Virus record (IMG/VR): IMGVR_UViG_3300045988_040029
Coordinates: 1-43,910 of that record
Origin: a virus
Reading direction: 5' to 3' (one strand)
Length of the DNA: 43,910 nucleotides
Positions 9,507 to 16,627 of this stretch are shown piece by piece. The notes below the pieces were generated by a model, which was not told the origin of the DNA, made no database searches, and was given only the letters and a program-made list of their open reading frames with translations. Positions within the stretch are counted from its first letter, which is position 1. Each line of letters begins with the position of its first letter. Both the position numbers and the translations under genes were made by a program.

Positions 9507-9704
9507 TTAAACCACCTCCCAATCATGTGATGCAATATTAGAAAACGTATACGCCACATTATTGGTCTCTCTGATATCCAGCACTTTACCGTCCTTACAA
9601 TGCATTTTGATCGTATTGTCTTCCCATGCCCAATATCCGCTCCAAGATGGGAGTTTAATTTTCTTTCCATTTAAAAGTTGAAACCATGCTTCTCTAAAAT
9701 TCAT
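9507..9704 (-). CDS. DUF2829-like small protein (Tad2-like anti-Thoeris candidate)
   Basis: 65 aa: MNFREAWFQLLNGKKIKLPSWSGYWAWEDNTIKMHCKDGKVLDIRETNNVAYTFSNIASHDWEVV. It carries the N-terminal M.F.EA..L..GKKI....W.G motif and the C-terminal DWEVV motif of DUF2829. Confidence 0.55.
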   Translation of the reverse strand: MNFREAWFQLLNGKKIKLPSWSGYWAWEDNTIKMHCKDGKVLDIRETNNVAYTFSNIASHDWEVV

Positions 9705-9709
9705 ACCTC

Positions 9710-10210
9710 TTACACCCCTGCATATAAAATTGGTATTCCATCATCTGTCCTTACTCCCATCAGAAGTGGTAACGCTGTCTTTAAGAGTAAGTTGTTCGTT
9801 TTCTGTACATCTCCGGCGGTGGCGTATACCGCACTCCATTCCTTTGCACTTGCCCCAATCTGCTGAGGCGTTGCGTAAGAGATGGATTCGCTGCCGGATG
9901 ATACTGACGTCACAATGCCTGTTGATTTGCCATTTGCCCCAACAGTAACCATCTCATTACTGTTCATGGCAGCATTTGTGGCGTTCCTTTCTGCAAGTTC
10001 CAAATCATACATTTTTTCTGCTACTGCGCACACAGCTTTTTTGAGCCCGTCCAAAGAATACTCATCCGTTGGTAATCCATTTCTTAGATTTCTATATGTT
10101 ATCGTGTCGATGAAATCACTGGCTCTCTGTGCCAGCCGGAGAAAGTCACCACCTGGCACGACATTGCCATAATACGAGGTTGTATAAAAATCATAGTCGG
10201 CATATGCCAT
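9710..10210 (-). CDS. Head-tail adaptor (gp6-like connector) candidate
   Basis: 166 aa, the first gene after the major capsid gene, with the SD GAGGTGA. The N terminus is MAYADYDFYTTSYYGNVVPGGDFLRLAQRASDFID. Confidence 0.55.
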   Translation of the reverse strand: MAYADYDFYTTSYYGNVVPGGDFLRLAQRASDFIDTITYRNLRNGLPTDEYSLDGLKKAVCAVAEKMYDLELAERNATNAAMNSNEMVTVGANGKSTGIVTSVSSGSESISYATPQQIGASAKEWSAVYATAGDVQKTNNLLLKTALPLLMGVRTDDGIPILYAGV

Positions 10211-10224
10211 ACCATATCACCTCG

Positions 10225-11397
10225 TTATCCTCTGGTTTTGATCCGTGCAATCGGAATAGCCTTGATTGGGAAGTATTTCTTTGTTCCAGAAGCATTATTG
10301 TTCGCAAGTTCCCAGTTTGAGCCAGTTTTGAGCTGCTCGTCCGTAGGAGAAATGATACCAGAATTTTTGAAAGAAATTCCATAAGGTGAGAAAATCTTTC
10401 TCTGTCTGGAATACAGTGTATCTTCTCCACCGTTCTTTTCAGGATCTCTGTCCATTTCGTAAGGTACTTTTGCACCGCAATTTGTGTACTCAATCGCACC
10501 TGCACCGAGGACGTAAGTTGTATAGATCATACCTGCTGGGAGCAGCTTCACATAGTCCCCTTCTGCCACATCTGGGATGTCTGTAATTACAGCTGTTTTT
10601 GCGACCTCGTATACACCGGTTCCGCCTGTAGTGACTTTTAATGCTCCCTGTTCGGTCTGGGTTGTTCTCACGTAGAGTGCTTTTGCCTCTTCTGCTGGCA
10701 TATCATCATCAACCAGAACAGTTCTTCCATTAAGCGTAGCAAGAGTCAAGTCTCTCTCAATTCCATTGGCATCCGTGTACTTCATGTACGCCAGCAGTTT
10801 CAGATTCTCCAGATCAGTTGCAATCTTAGAATGCATGATGGACAGGCTGAACTTCGCTTTATTGTCACCAAGAGCCTTCTGAATAGCGTTGTTTAAAGTG
10901 GTCTCTTTGAAACCACTTTCTGGATCTGAGGATACATCATATGTGTGGCCATTGACGAACTTCAGATTCTCTGCTCCTGTCATAGAAAAGATTCCGTCCA
11001 GAACCGCAAGAAGTGTAGCCTGATCGATGTCATCCCAATACTCAGCAACTTCCTGCGCTGCCGGCATGAAATCTTCTCCGGTAATGTCAGAGGAAAAATC
11101 TCTTTCTGTCCATCCATGAGCACGTCCCACTACAACTCTTCCGTGTGTAAATGTGTCTCTGGAATCCGTTGTAATATTGGTTGATCCATCGTAGTTGTCT
11201 GGTGTTCCACCGATTCTTGCTTTGATCGGAACCGTAATGTAATTACCACCAGTCTGATCAGGAAGCATGGCAGCATACTGAGATTTCTCTACAATAGCAC
11301 CAGATTTCAGCAGTTCATTTCTCTTGAGATTTGGGACAGTATCGACATACGCGCCAAAAACCTCTCCATTAAAATTTTTATTGTCAAATAATGGCAT
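10225..11397 (-). CDS. Major capsid protein
   Basis: 390 aa, directly after the scaffold gene, with the SD GGAAAGGA. Size and position fit an HK97-fold capsid protein. Confidence 0.8.
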   Translation of the reverse strand: MPLFDNKNFNGEVFGAYVDTVPNLKRNELLKSGAIVEKSQYAAMLPDQTGGNYITVPIKARIGGTPDNYDGSTNITTDSRDTFTHGRVVVGRAHGWTERDFSSDITGEDFMPAAQEVAEYWDDIDQATLLAVLDGIFSMTGAENLKFVNGHTYDVSSDPESGFKETTLNNAIQKALGDNKAKFSLSIMHSKIATDLENLKLLAYMKYTDANGIERDLTLATLNGRTVLVDDDMPAEEAKALYVRTTQTEQGALKVTTGGTGVYEVAKTAVITDIPDVAEGDYVKLLPAGMIYTTYVLGAGAIEYTNCGAKVPYEMDRDPEKNGGEDTLYSRQRKIFSPYGISFKNSGIISPTDEQLKTGSNWELANNNASGTKKYFPIKAIPIARIKTRG

Positions 11398-11445
11398 AAA
11401 AAAATCCTTTCCACCTATAACTATTAAAGGTAATTAGGTAAGCAA

Positions 11446-11464
11446 CGGTACTCCACTCGTACCG
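11446..11464 (-). promoter_or_regulatory. Stem-loop between the scaffold and capsid genes
   Basis: CGGTAC-7 nt-GTACCG in the 82-nt scaffold-capsid spacer. Confidence 0.35.
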
Positions 11465-11479
11465 CCGGTTGTTATTAAG

Positions 11480-12127
11480 TTACATATACTGTTTGATATC
11501 CAGGTTCGGATTTTCGTTTTTCATCCTCATCAGCTCAGACATTGAATACTTCTGCCCTGCTGGTGGCTGTTTACCGCCTGTTGCGGTTGTAAAATGTGCC
11601 GCATTCTGCTGTGCCTGCCTCTGCTGTTGATCCACAAAAATACCTGGCTTCTGGTTTCCGTCCTTATCAGTAATCATCCCTTGGAAAATATCGCTGATAG
11701 ACTTTCCTTTTGCGGAATCATCATCAAGAGCCTTAACAAGAGCATCCCGGTAATGGTCCGATGTGATGTCATTCAGAAATTCGTACAGCTTATTGCCCTT
11801 TTCATCAGTAGATGAAAGAAACTCATTCACAGTCTTCTCTACTTCAATTTTTCTGGCATCTGCTGCTCTTGCCGCTTTTTCATCATTTAACTGAGTAGTG
11901 AGTGTGGAGATCTGCCCTTTCAGATCATCTACATCGACGTCCTTAAATCCGTCCAGTTTTGTCTGAACATCATCGAGAGAGGTTTTGTACTCATTCATCT
12001 TTTTAACTACTTTGTCGTACTCTCCAGCATTTTTGTAATGCTCTGAAAGTGATCTTTTAATCTCTTCTTTTTTATCTTCTGGGATCTCAATTCCAAAAGA
12101 CTTTAAGGTCTCAATTAATTTCTGCAT
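11480..12127 (-). CDS. Scaffolding protein (phage GP20-like)
   Basis: 215 aa, strongly helical and charged, with a Q-rich tail. It lies directly upstream of the capsid gene and has the SD AGGAGG. Confidence 0.75.
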   Translation of the reverse strand: MQKLIETLKSFGIEIPEDKKEEIKRSLSEHYKNAGEYDKVVKKMNEYKTSLDDVQTKLDGFKDVDVDDLKGQISTLTTQLNDEKAARAADARKIEVEKTVNEFLSSTDEKGNKLYEFLNDITSDHYRDALVKALDDDSAKGKSISDIFQGMITDKDGNQKPGIFVDQQQRQAQQNAAHFTTATGGKQPPAGQKYSMSELMRMKNENPNLDIKQYM

Positions 12128-12206
12128 ATTATTATCCTCCTGGCCGTGTTTATTGACCTGCCGCCGCAGGTAATGGATTAAGCCAGTTAGACCACTGGCA
12201 AGGTAA

Positions 12207-12278
12207 TTGCAGGAGACGGATTCGAACCGCCGTTTTCAAGGGTATGAACCTTGTGAGATTCCGCTTCTCTATCCTGCC
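12207..12278 (-). tRNA. tRNA with anticodon CAT (Met, or Ile2 if lysidine-modified)
   Basis: The minus strand reads GGCAGGA-TA-GAGA-AGCGGAA-TCTC-A-CAAGG-TTCATAC-CCTTG-AAAAC-GGCGG-TTCGAAT-CCGTC-TCCTGCA-A. This is a canonical cloverleaf with T8, A14, GG in the D loop, T33 and a TTCGAAT T loop. Position 1:72 is a G.A mismatch, and no CCA is encoded. Confidence 0.85.
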
Positions 12279-12578
12279 ATAAACCGGCTTTCACCGGTTT
12301 GCGAGATTTTGGTAAAAAACTATAAGGAAGTGTCCCGTCCTACCAACGGGATGGTGTACCCCGGAAATTGCATCCGCTTTTCAACCTCTGCGCCATAACA
12401 AAAAGTCAAGATATAAAAAGGAGCTGTAAAAATGATCAATAAGTAACAGGCACATTTCTATTAAGGAAGCACACCTAAGAAAGGAGGAAAAAGAAAATTA
12501 TGTCAAACCTTTTCAGGTTTACGAAGCATTTCTAATTCCAATTAAATTATAGCAGAGTGATGTTAATAGTCATCAGCA

Positions 12579-13001
12579 CTACTCAGACAGCATCTTGATT
12601 CGTCGCATAATCTCTTCTTTTTCGTCTCTGAAATCAGAATCTACCATCATAGATGAGAGCATATCGTATATCTCAACCATAAGGCGGCCCAGGGATTCCA
12701 TGAGTTTATCCTTGTGTTGCTGATCTCCGTTAGTCTGATAAGCCTGTTTAGCAGCTATATATGAATCGTACAATGCATCGATATTATGATCGTATCTGCC
12801 ATTGCTGTATTTCTTGATAACATCCTCTGTGACTTCTGCGACAGTCTCAGATGTTTTCCACTCACCACACATCTGTTTCAAATTGCAGATAGTTGTGGTC
12901 AGCTTAAAAACTACATCCAGATTGTTGTTTGTGAGCTGCTTTTTGATATTCTGTTCTTCAATTTTCAGCTGCTTTTCCAGAATTTTAATCATATCTTCCA
13001 T
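12579..13001 (-). CDS. Hypothetical all-helical protein (cassette gene K)
   Basis: 140 aa with the SD AGGTGGTGA. It is coupled 11 nt after the upstream gene. I recognised no family. Confidence 0.65.
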   Translation of the reverse strand: MEDMIKILEKQLKIEEQNIKKQLTNNNLDVVFKLTTTICNLKQMCGEWKTSETVAEVTEDVIKKYSNGRYDHNIDALYDSYIAAKQAYQTNGDQQHKDKLMESLGRLMVEIYDMLSSMMVDSDFRDEKEEIMRRIKMLSE

Positions 13002-13012
13002 ATCATCACCAC

Positions 13013-13603
13013 CTATCCGAATATCTCACACATTTTAGCCTTGTACTTATTGCGGATTTCCTGTTGAGATTCTGTGATATACACCATATCATATCCGGAA
13101 GAAATCAGATCAATAATGATCCGTTCGAGCTTCTTCAATTCATTGTCCACGTCTTCCACAAGTTTCTCCACAACAATAGCATCCGCAACCGCACCCATCT
13201 CACGAAGTCGTAATGAATAGTGCTCATATAGGTTCTTAGTATCCGATTCCCACTCACGATATTGATTAAATCCATCCTCAATACCTTTCTGTTTTGTGGA
13301 CTTGCCAACGCTGATCCTATTCGCGGACTGCCAGTTTTCCGGTATCATAGAAATCTGTCCAGAATAAGTGTCAGGTATCAGTTTGCTGTGATGATTGATG
13401 TAATATTGATTAAGTTTCTTCCTTTCCAGGGATTCCGCAAAATACTGATATTCATGAAGTTGTTTATATCCTTTCATGCCAAGGAAGTCAAAATAATCCG
13501 ACATCTGGTCATGAAACATAAGAGCCGCAATCATCCGAGCGTTAATCTCTGAAAAGATCGATTCTGCACTACTTACATCTCTATTGCTCTTGAAGGCAAT
13601 CAT
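13013..13603 (-). CDS. Ferritin-like four-helix-bundle candidate (cassette gene J)
   Basis: 196 aa with the SD GAGGGGGGTGA. AALMFHDQMSDYFDFLGMKGYKQLHEYQYFAESLERKKLNQYY and the later EKLVEDVDNELKKLERII resemble ferritin helices A/B and D, but with incomplete metal ligands. Confidence 0.4.
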   Translation of the reverse strand: MIAFKSNRDVSSAESIFSEINARMIAALMFHDQMSDYFDFLGMKGYKQLHEYQYFAESLERKKLNQYYINHHSKLIPDTYSGQISMIPENWQSANRISVGKSTKQKGIEDGFNQYREWESDTKNLYEHYSLRLREMGAVADAIVVEKLVEDVDNELKKLERIIIDLISSGYDMVYITESQQEIRNKYKAKMCEIFG

Positions 13604-13617
13604 TCAGATCACCCCCC

Positions 13618-14046
13618 TCATGCTACCTTTTTGATAATCAAGTTTGCATCCTTAACCAGAACCACACCAGCGGAAATGTTTCCGGCAGAGACAGTCAGAG
13701 ATGTCCCAGCAGGTACAGGAATAAGAGTGTCAGCACTCACGTTCTGATATACATCCGCTGTAACCACTGTGTAGTCCATCTCTGTTCCGCCAATAGCTTC
13801 TCCGTTCAGTTTAAGAACCAGAGCTGTTGCTCCTGCGGCTCCAGCTGTTACATTTGCATTGAACTGAAGTTCTACTGCCATAGGCTGATTCCCCCGGTTC
13901 GTAATTGTAAACAGTCCACTACCCTCAATATGATTGAGCCATCCGTTCTGGCATCCACATCTGCGAGATTTTACCCTTGTTCCAGTAAAGATAACATTCT
14001 GATTTACACTGATCTGCTGTGCATCTTTTGCGATTACATTTAACAT
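13618..14046 (-). CDS. TNF/C1q-like beta-sandwich candidate (BclA C-terminal-domain-like; cassette gene I)
   Basis: 142 aa with the SD AAAGGAGAA. The pattern VIFTGTRV...GSGLFTITNRGN...LVLKLNGEAIGGTEMDY...IPVPAGTSLTVSAGN...VKDANLIIKKV matches my recollection of BclA-C-type domains. Confidence 0.45.
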   Translation of the reverse strand: MLNVIAKDAQQISVNQNVIFTGTRVKSRRCGCQNGWLNHIEGSGLFTITNRGNQPMAVELQFNANVTAGAAGATALVLKLNGEAIGGTEMDYTVVTADVYQNVSADTLIPVPAGTSLTVSAGNISAGVVLVKDANLIIKKVA

Positions 14047-14061
14047 GATTATATTCTCCTT

Positions 14062-14097
14062 TTCAAAAATAAGGGGTAAGCTCCACGCCTACCCCCT
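14062..14097 (-). terminator. Intrinsic terminator after cassette gene H
   Basis: On the minus strand, GGGGTA..TACCCC (extendable with one bulge) is followed by TTATTTTTG, ending just before the SD of 13618..14046. Confidence 0.55.
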
Positions 14098-14110
14098 GTT
14101 ATTTGCAAGA

Positions 14111-14320
14111 CTACTTCGTAGCAATGGATTCTTCCAACATGCTAATTATTCGGTTTTGATTCTCGATGATCTTATCCAGGTATTTTCTGTCCTGTTCCTG
14201 TAGGTGCTTCGCTATGTCTGCGTTGCTCGCCTGCGACAAGTCACTTTCGTAATTCATCACCTGCAAGAATACGCCGAACATGTTTAGCATATCCAGGTAG
14301 GACAGTTCCCGGCTGATCAA
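14111..14320 (-). CDS. Hypothetical helical protein (cassette gene H)
   Basis: 69 aa, with a 4-nt overlap with the upstream gene. Confidence 0.65.
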   Translation of the reverse strand: MISRELSYLDMLNMFGVFLQVMNYESDLSQASNADIAKHLQEQDRKYLDKIIENQNRIISMLEESIATK

Positions 14321-15006
14321 AGTACGTTCCCACCGTTACCGCAGCAACCGCCGAACCCGGTCATGTTGTAAGCAAAGTAAGGGGAACAGGTGAGATAAGC
14401 CGGTGTCGGTGTCGGTCTTAACGCATTAACGATGTTTTTGGTCTGGTCGACCTGGGAGATCTGCCAATATGCTGTCTGGAGGTCTCTGTCACGGTCCGCA
14501 ATCTTGTCGCGAAGTCCCTGGATGGTGTTCTCCTGCATGAGCTGGCGTGTTGCCTGTCCGTCTGCAAGGACAGTTTCCTTGATGTCACAGCAGCACTGCG
14601 CAAGCTGTGCCTGCATGTTCTGTGCCTGTAATGCAGCATCGTATCTACTCTGTAAGATCTCTTTCTGTGTTTCACAGCAGCACTGCTGAGACTGAGCTCC
14701 TAACTGCTGCATTCCGAGCTGTGTTGCATATCTGTTCTCAAGTACATCTCTCTGTGTCTGGCAAGCAGTATTAGATACATTCTGGTTCGTGTTGAAAATG
14801 TCACGTTTGACAAATTCATCCGAAATGAAGTTGTCCTGCACTCCAGTCTCAACACCGCCGCGGTTCCATCCGCCCATCATCATAGGGAATAAAAATGCTA
14901 TGAAAATAATCCAAATCCAGCAATTTTCTCCCCACATATCGTTATTGTCATTTCTTGTGACTGCTGCTACATCTGCAGCGCTAAGTCCCATAGTTCCATC
15001 TGTCAT
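14317..15006 (-). CDS. Membrane-anchored protein with CCC-triplet repeats and a Gly/Cys tail (cassette gene G)
   Basis: 229 aa with the SD AGGAGA. It has one TM helix (CWIWIIFIAFLFPMMMGGW). Three repeats of about 29 aa are present: ACQTQRDVLENRYA, QQCCCETQKEILQSRYD and AQCCCDIKETVLADG. The C terminus is GFGGCCGNGGNVL. Confidence 0.75.
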   Translation of the reverse strand: MTDGTMGLSAADVAAVTRNDNNDMWGENCWIWIIFIAFLFPMMMGGWNRGGVETGVQDNFISDEFVKRDIFNTNQNVSNTACQTQRDVLENRYATQLGMQQLGAQSQQCCCETQKEILQSRYDAALQAQNMQAQLAQCCCDIKETVLADGQATRQLMQENTIQGLRDKIADRDRDLQTAYWQISQVDQTKNIVNALRPTPTPAYLTCSPYFAYNMTGFGGCCGNGGNVL

Positions 15007-15108
15007 GATAGTAGTCTCCTATTCATTATTTATTTATCAAGCCGTGTGCACACCGGCTGTGATACTATTATTATTAAGGTCAACAAAACCTTTTTGCCAA
15101 TGTTGACA

Positions 15109-15372
15109 TTATGGTTTAAAAATCCCAGTAAACTGTTCCGGATCAATTCCATTCTGCCTACATCCATTCTCAAAAATCTGCTGTGGGTTCTTCCCCTTAC
15201 ACATATCCATAGCTTGTTTAATGTTTGGATTGGTCTGCGCCATCTGATTCAACATTTCCTGTGGATTACCGGATTTTTTGATCTGATTTACAACCTGCAT
15301 TGCCTGCATCATTGCGGACATTGGGTTGTTACCCCCGCCCATTCTCCCAATCATGCTCATTAATGGATTCAT
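15109..15372 (-). CDS. Met/Asn/Gln-rich small protein with N/D-P-x-x repeats (cassette gene F)
   Basis: 87 aa, with an ATGA overlap with the upstream gene and the SD GGAGG. The repeats are NNPMSAMM, GNPQEMLNQM, TNPNIKQAM, KNPQQIF and IDPEQF. Confidence 0.65.
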   Translation of the reverse strand: MNPLMSMIGRMGGGNNPMSAMMQAMQVVNQIKKSGNPQEMLNQMAQTNPNIKQAMDMCKGKNPQQIFENGCRQNGIDPEQFTGIFKP

Positions 15373-15809
15373 TCTGATACCTCCTCATCTGGCAGTTCTC
15401 CTAAACGCTTCAATAAAGCATCAAATTCTTTTCGTGTAACGTAGTCAGTATTAACACTGTTATTTTGATTCTCAGCCATTCTATGAGCTTCTGGCTGTAT
15501 TTCCATAAACTGGAATGCCTTAAATGTTGCGCTTCCCATACCATCGACCGATTTTACGTAGAATATTGGATTATTATTATCCATCATCCAAATCGTGTGT
15601 CCCGGCTGTACAATCTGGTTCCTCGCTCCATCGATACCAGCCACCTGTATCCAGTTGACATTTGATGTGGGAGCTTGTGCCTGTTGAGGCTGTCCAGAGT
15701 ACATTCCCATCTGCTGATTTCTCTGTTGTTCAAGCTGATTGATTCGGTTCTGCAGCATTGCCTGTTCATTCGCAAACTGCTGTGGATCTATCATATTGTA
15801 AGGGTACAT
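15369..15809 (-). CDS. Gln-rich N terminus plus globular domain protein (cassette gene E)
   Basis: The ATG at 15809 has the SD AGGAGG 6 nt upstream (MYPYNMIDPQQF...); the track start at 15851 is less likely. 146 aa. Confidence 0.65.
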   Translation of the reverse strand: MYPYNMIDPQQFANEQAMLQNRINQLEQQRNQQMGMYSGQPQQAQAPTSNVNWIQVAGIDGARNQIVQPGHTIWMMDNNNPIFYVKSVDGMGSATFKAFQFMEIQPEAHRMAENQNNSVNTDYVTRKEFDALLKRLGELPDEEVSE

Positions 15810-15849
15810 AAGATACCTCCTATGCTTCTTTCTAGTTATATTTTTGCAC

Positions 15850-15885
15850 AAAAAAAGAACCTCAGACAGTTCATCTAAGGTTCTT
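15850..15885 (-). terminator. Intrinsic terminator inside the cassette (after gene D)
   Basis: The minus-strand RNA reads AAGAACCUUAGA-UGAACUG-UCUGAGGUUCUU followed by UUUUUGUGC. This is a 10-12 bp stem with one G.U pair. Confidence 0.7.
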
Positions 15886-15903
15886 AATAGTGTCAGAAAA
15901 GTA

Positions 15904-16035
15904 TCACTGCATCAGCAATTTAACTGCCGTTGCAATCCATCCGACTGCTGTCACTATGCAAGCCGTTCTCCACCGCTTGGTCTGTACTTTTGCTTCTTTG
16001 ATTACGTCAGAAGCGAGATTAAAGTTATTCATCAT
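15904..16035 (-). CDS. Small C-terminally anchored membrane protein (cassette gene D)
   Basis: About 43 aa from the ATG at 16035 (SD GGAGGT): MMNNFNLASDVIKEAKVQTKRWRTACIVTAVGWIATAVKLLMQ. Confidence 0.45.
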   Translation of the reverse strand: MMNNFNLASDVIKEAKVQTKRWRTACIVTAVGWIATAVKLLMQ

Positions 16036-16100
16036 TATACCTCCGTGATCTATGCTATATTCAGTATATAGCCTGTTCACAGAGAATAGCAAGCATCCTT

Positions 16101-16316
16101 TCAGCTTACTTTTAATATTTTCCGGTTCACTCTCCGGCTGATCCGCTTGGCAGTGGATATGCTCACATTCATCTTTTCAGCGCATTGTTCAAGAGGCACA
16201 CACTTCGCCCGTAGTTCGAATAATTCTCGTTCTGGTTCTGTAAAGTTGCAGACATCCCGGAAGTAGTCCAATTCCGGAACTGTAAAATCATAAACATTCA
16301 CAAGCCCGTACCTCAT
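16101..16316 (-). CDS. Sigma-70 region-4-like HTH regulator (cassette gene C)
   Basis: 71 aa. FTEPERELFELRAKCVPLEQCAEKMNVSISTAKRISRRVNRKI fits the region 4 pattern Lt.rEr.vf.L....s..eiAe.l.iS..tvk....rA..Ki. Confidence 0.5.
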   Translation of the reverse strand: MRYGLVNVYDFTVPELDYFRDVCNFTEPERELFELRAKCVPLEQCAEKMNVSISTAKRISRRVNRKILKVS

Positions 16317-16321
16317 CCATG

Positions 16322-16627
16322 CTAACGCTGATTCTGCGCTAAATACTGCGTAAGCTTCTCTCTCGTTTTTTTTAATTGATCCGTGTTGTTGCCACTGATC
16401 TGACTGTCCAACATGGTAGACAGCACTTCAAGAATCATAGAATCTCTTTCAGAGATCCTCTTCAGCGTCTCAAAATCCTGTCTGTCATGCTGTTCCAGCA
16501 CTTCTACCCTCTCATTGAGTTTGATGGCAGGGGATATCCACTTGTGAATTACCGCCACAGCTCCGCCAATAATTGAGATCCCTCCACAAATAGATAATAA
16601 AAGTTGTACAGCTTCTAATAGACTCAT
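16322..16627 (-). CDS. N-terminal TM plus coiled-coil protein (cassette gene B)
   Basis: 101 aa. LLLSICGGISIIGGAVAVI is followed by a charged helix. The architecture is BhlA-like or anti-sigma-like. Confidence 0.65.
   Translation of the reverse strand: MSLLEAVQLLLSICGGISIIGGAVAVIHKWISPAIKLNERVEVLEQHDRQDFETLKRISERDSMILEVLSTMLDSQISGNNTDQLKKTREKLTQYLAQNQR

Noticed and set aside
12281-12400. Possible second tRNA or structured RNA next to tRNA(CAT)
   Set aside because: Hairpins exist (CCCGT-TGGTAGG-ACGGG among them), but there is no T-loop consensus, no matching acceptor strands and no cloverleaf. I leave it as an unexplained non-coding region.
12504-12520. Hairpin AAACCT-4 nt-AGGTTT as the terminator of the orphan cassette
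   Set aside because: It is a 6-bp AU-rich stem, and the T run is separated from it by GACATAA. This is too weak to call.
12500-12535. Plus-strand 11-codon mini-ORF (MSNLFRFTKHF) after a perfect AAGGAGG
   Set aside because: The SD spacing is about 12 nt, the ORF is tiny, it is on the opposite strand to everything nearby, and there is no promoter. It is probably coincidental.
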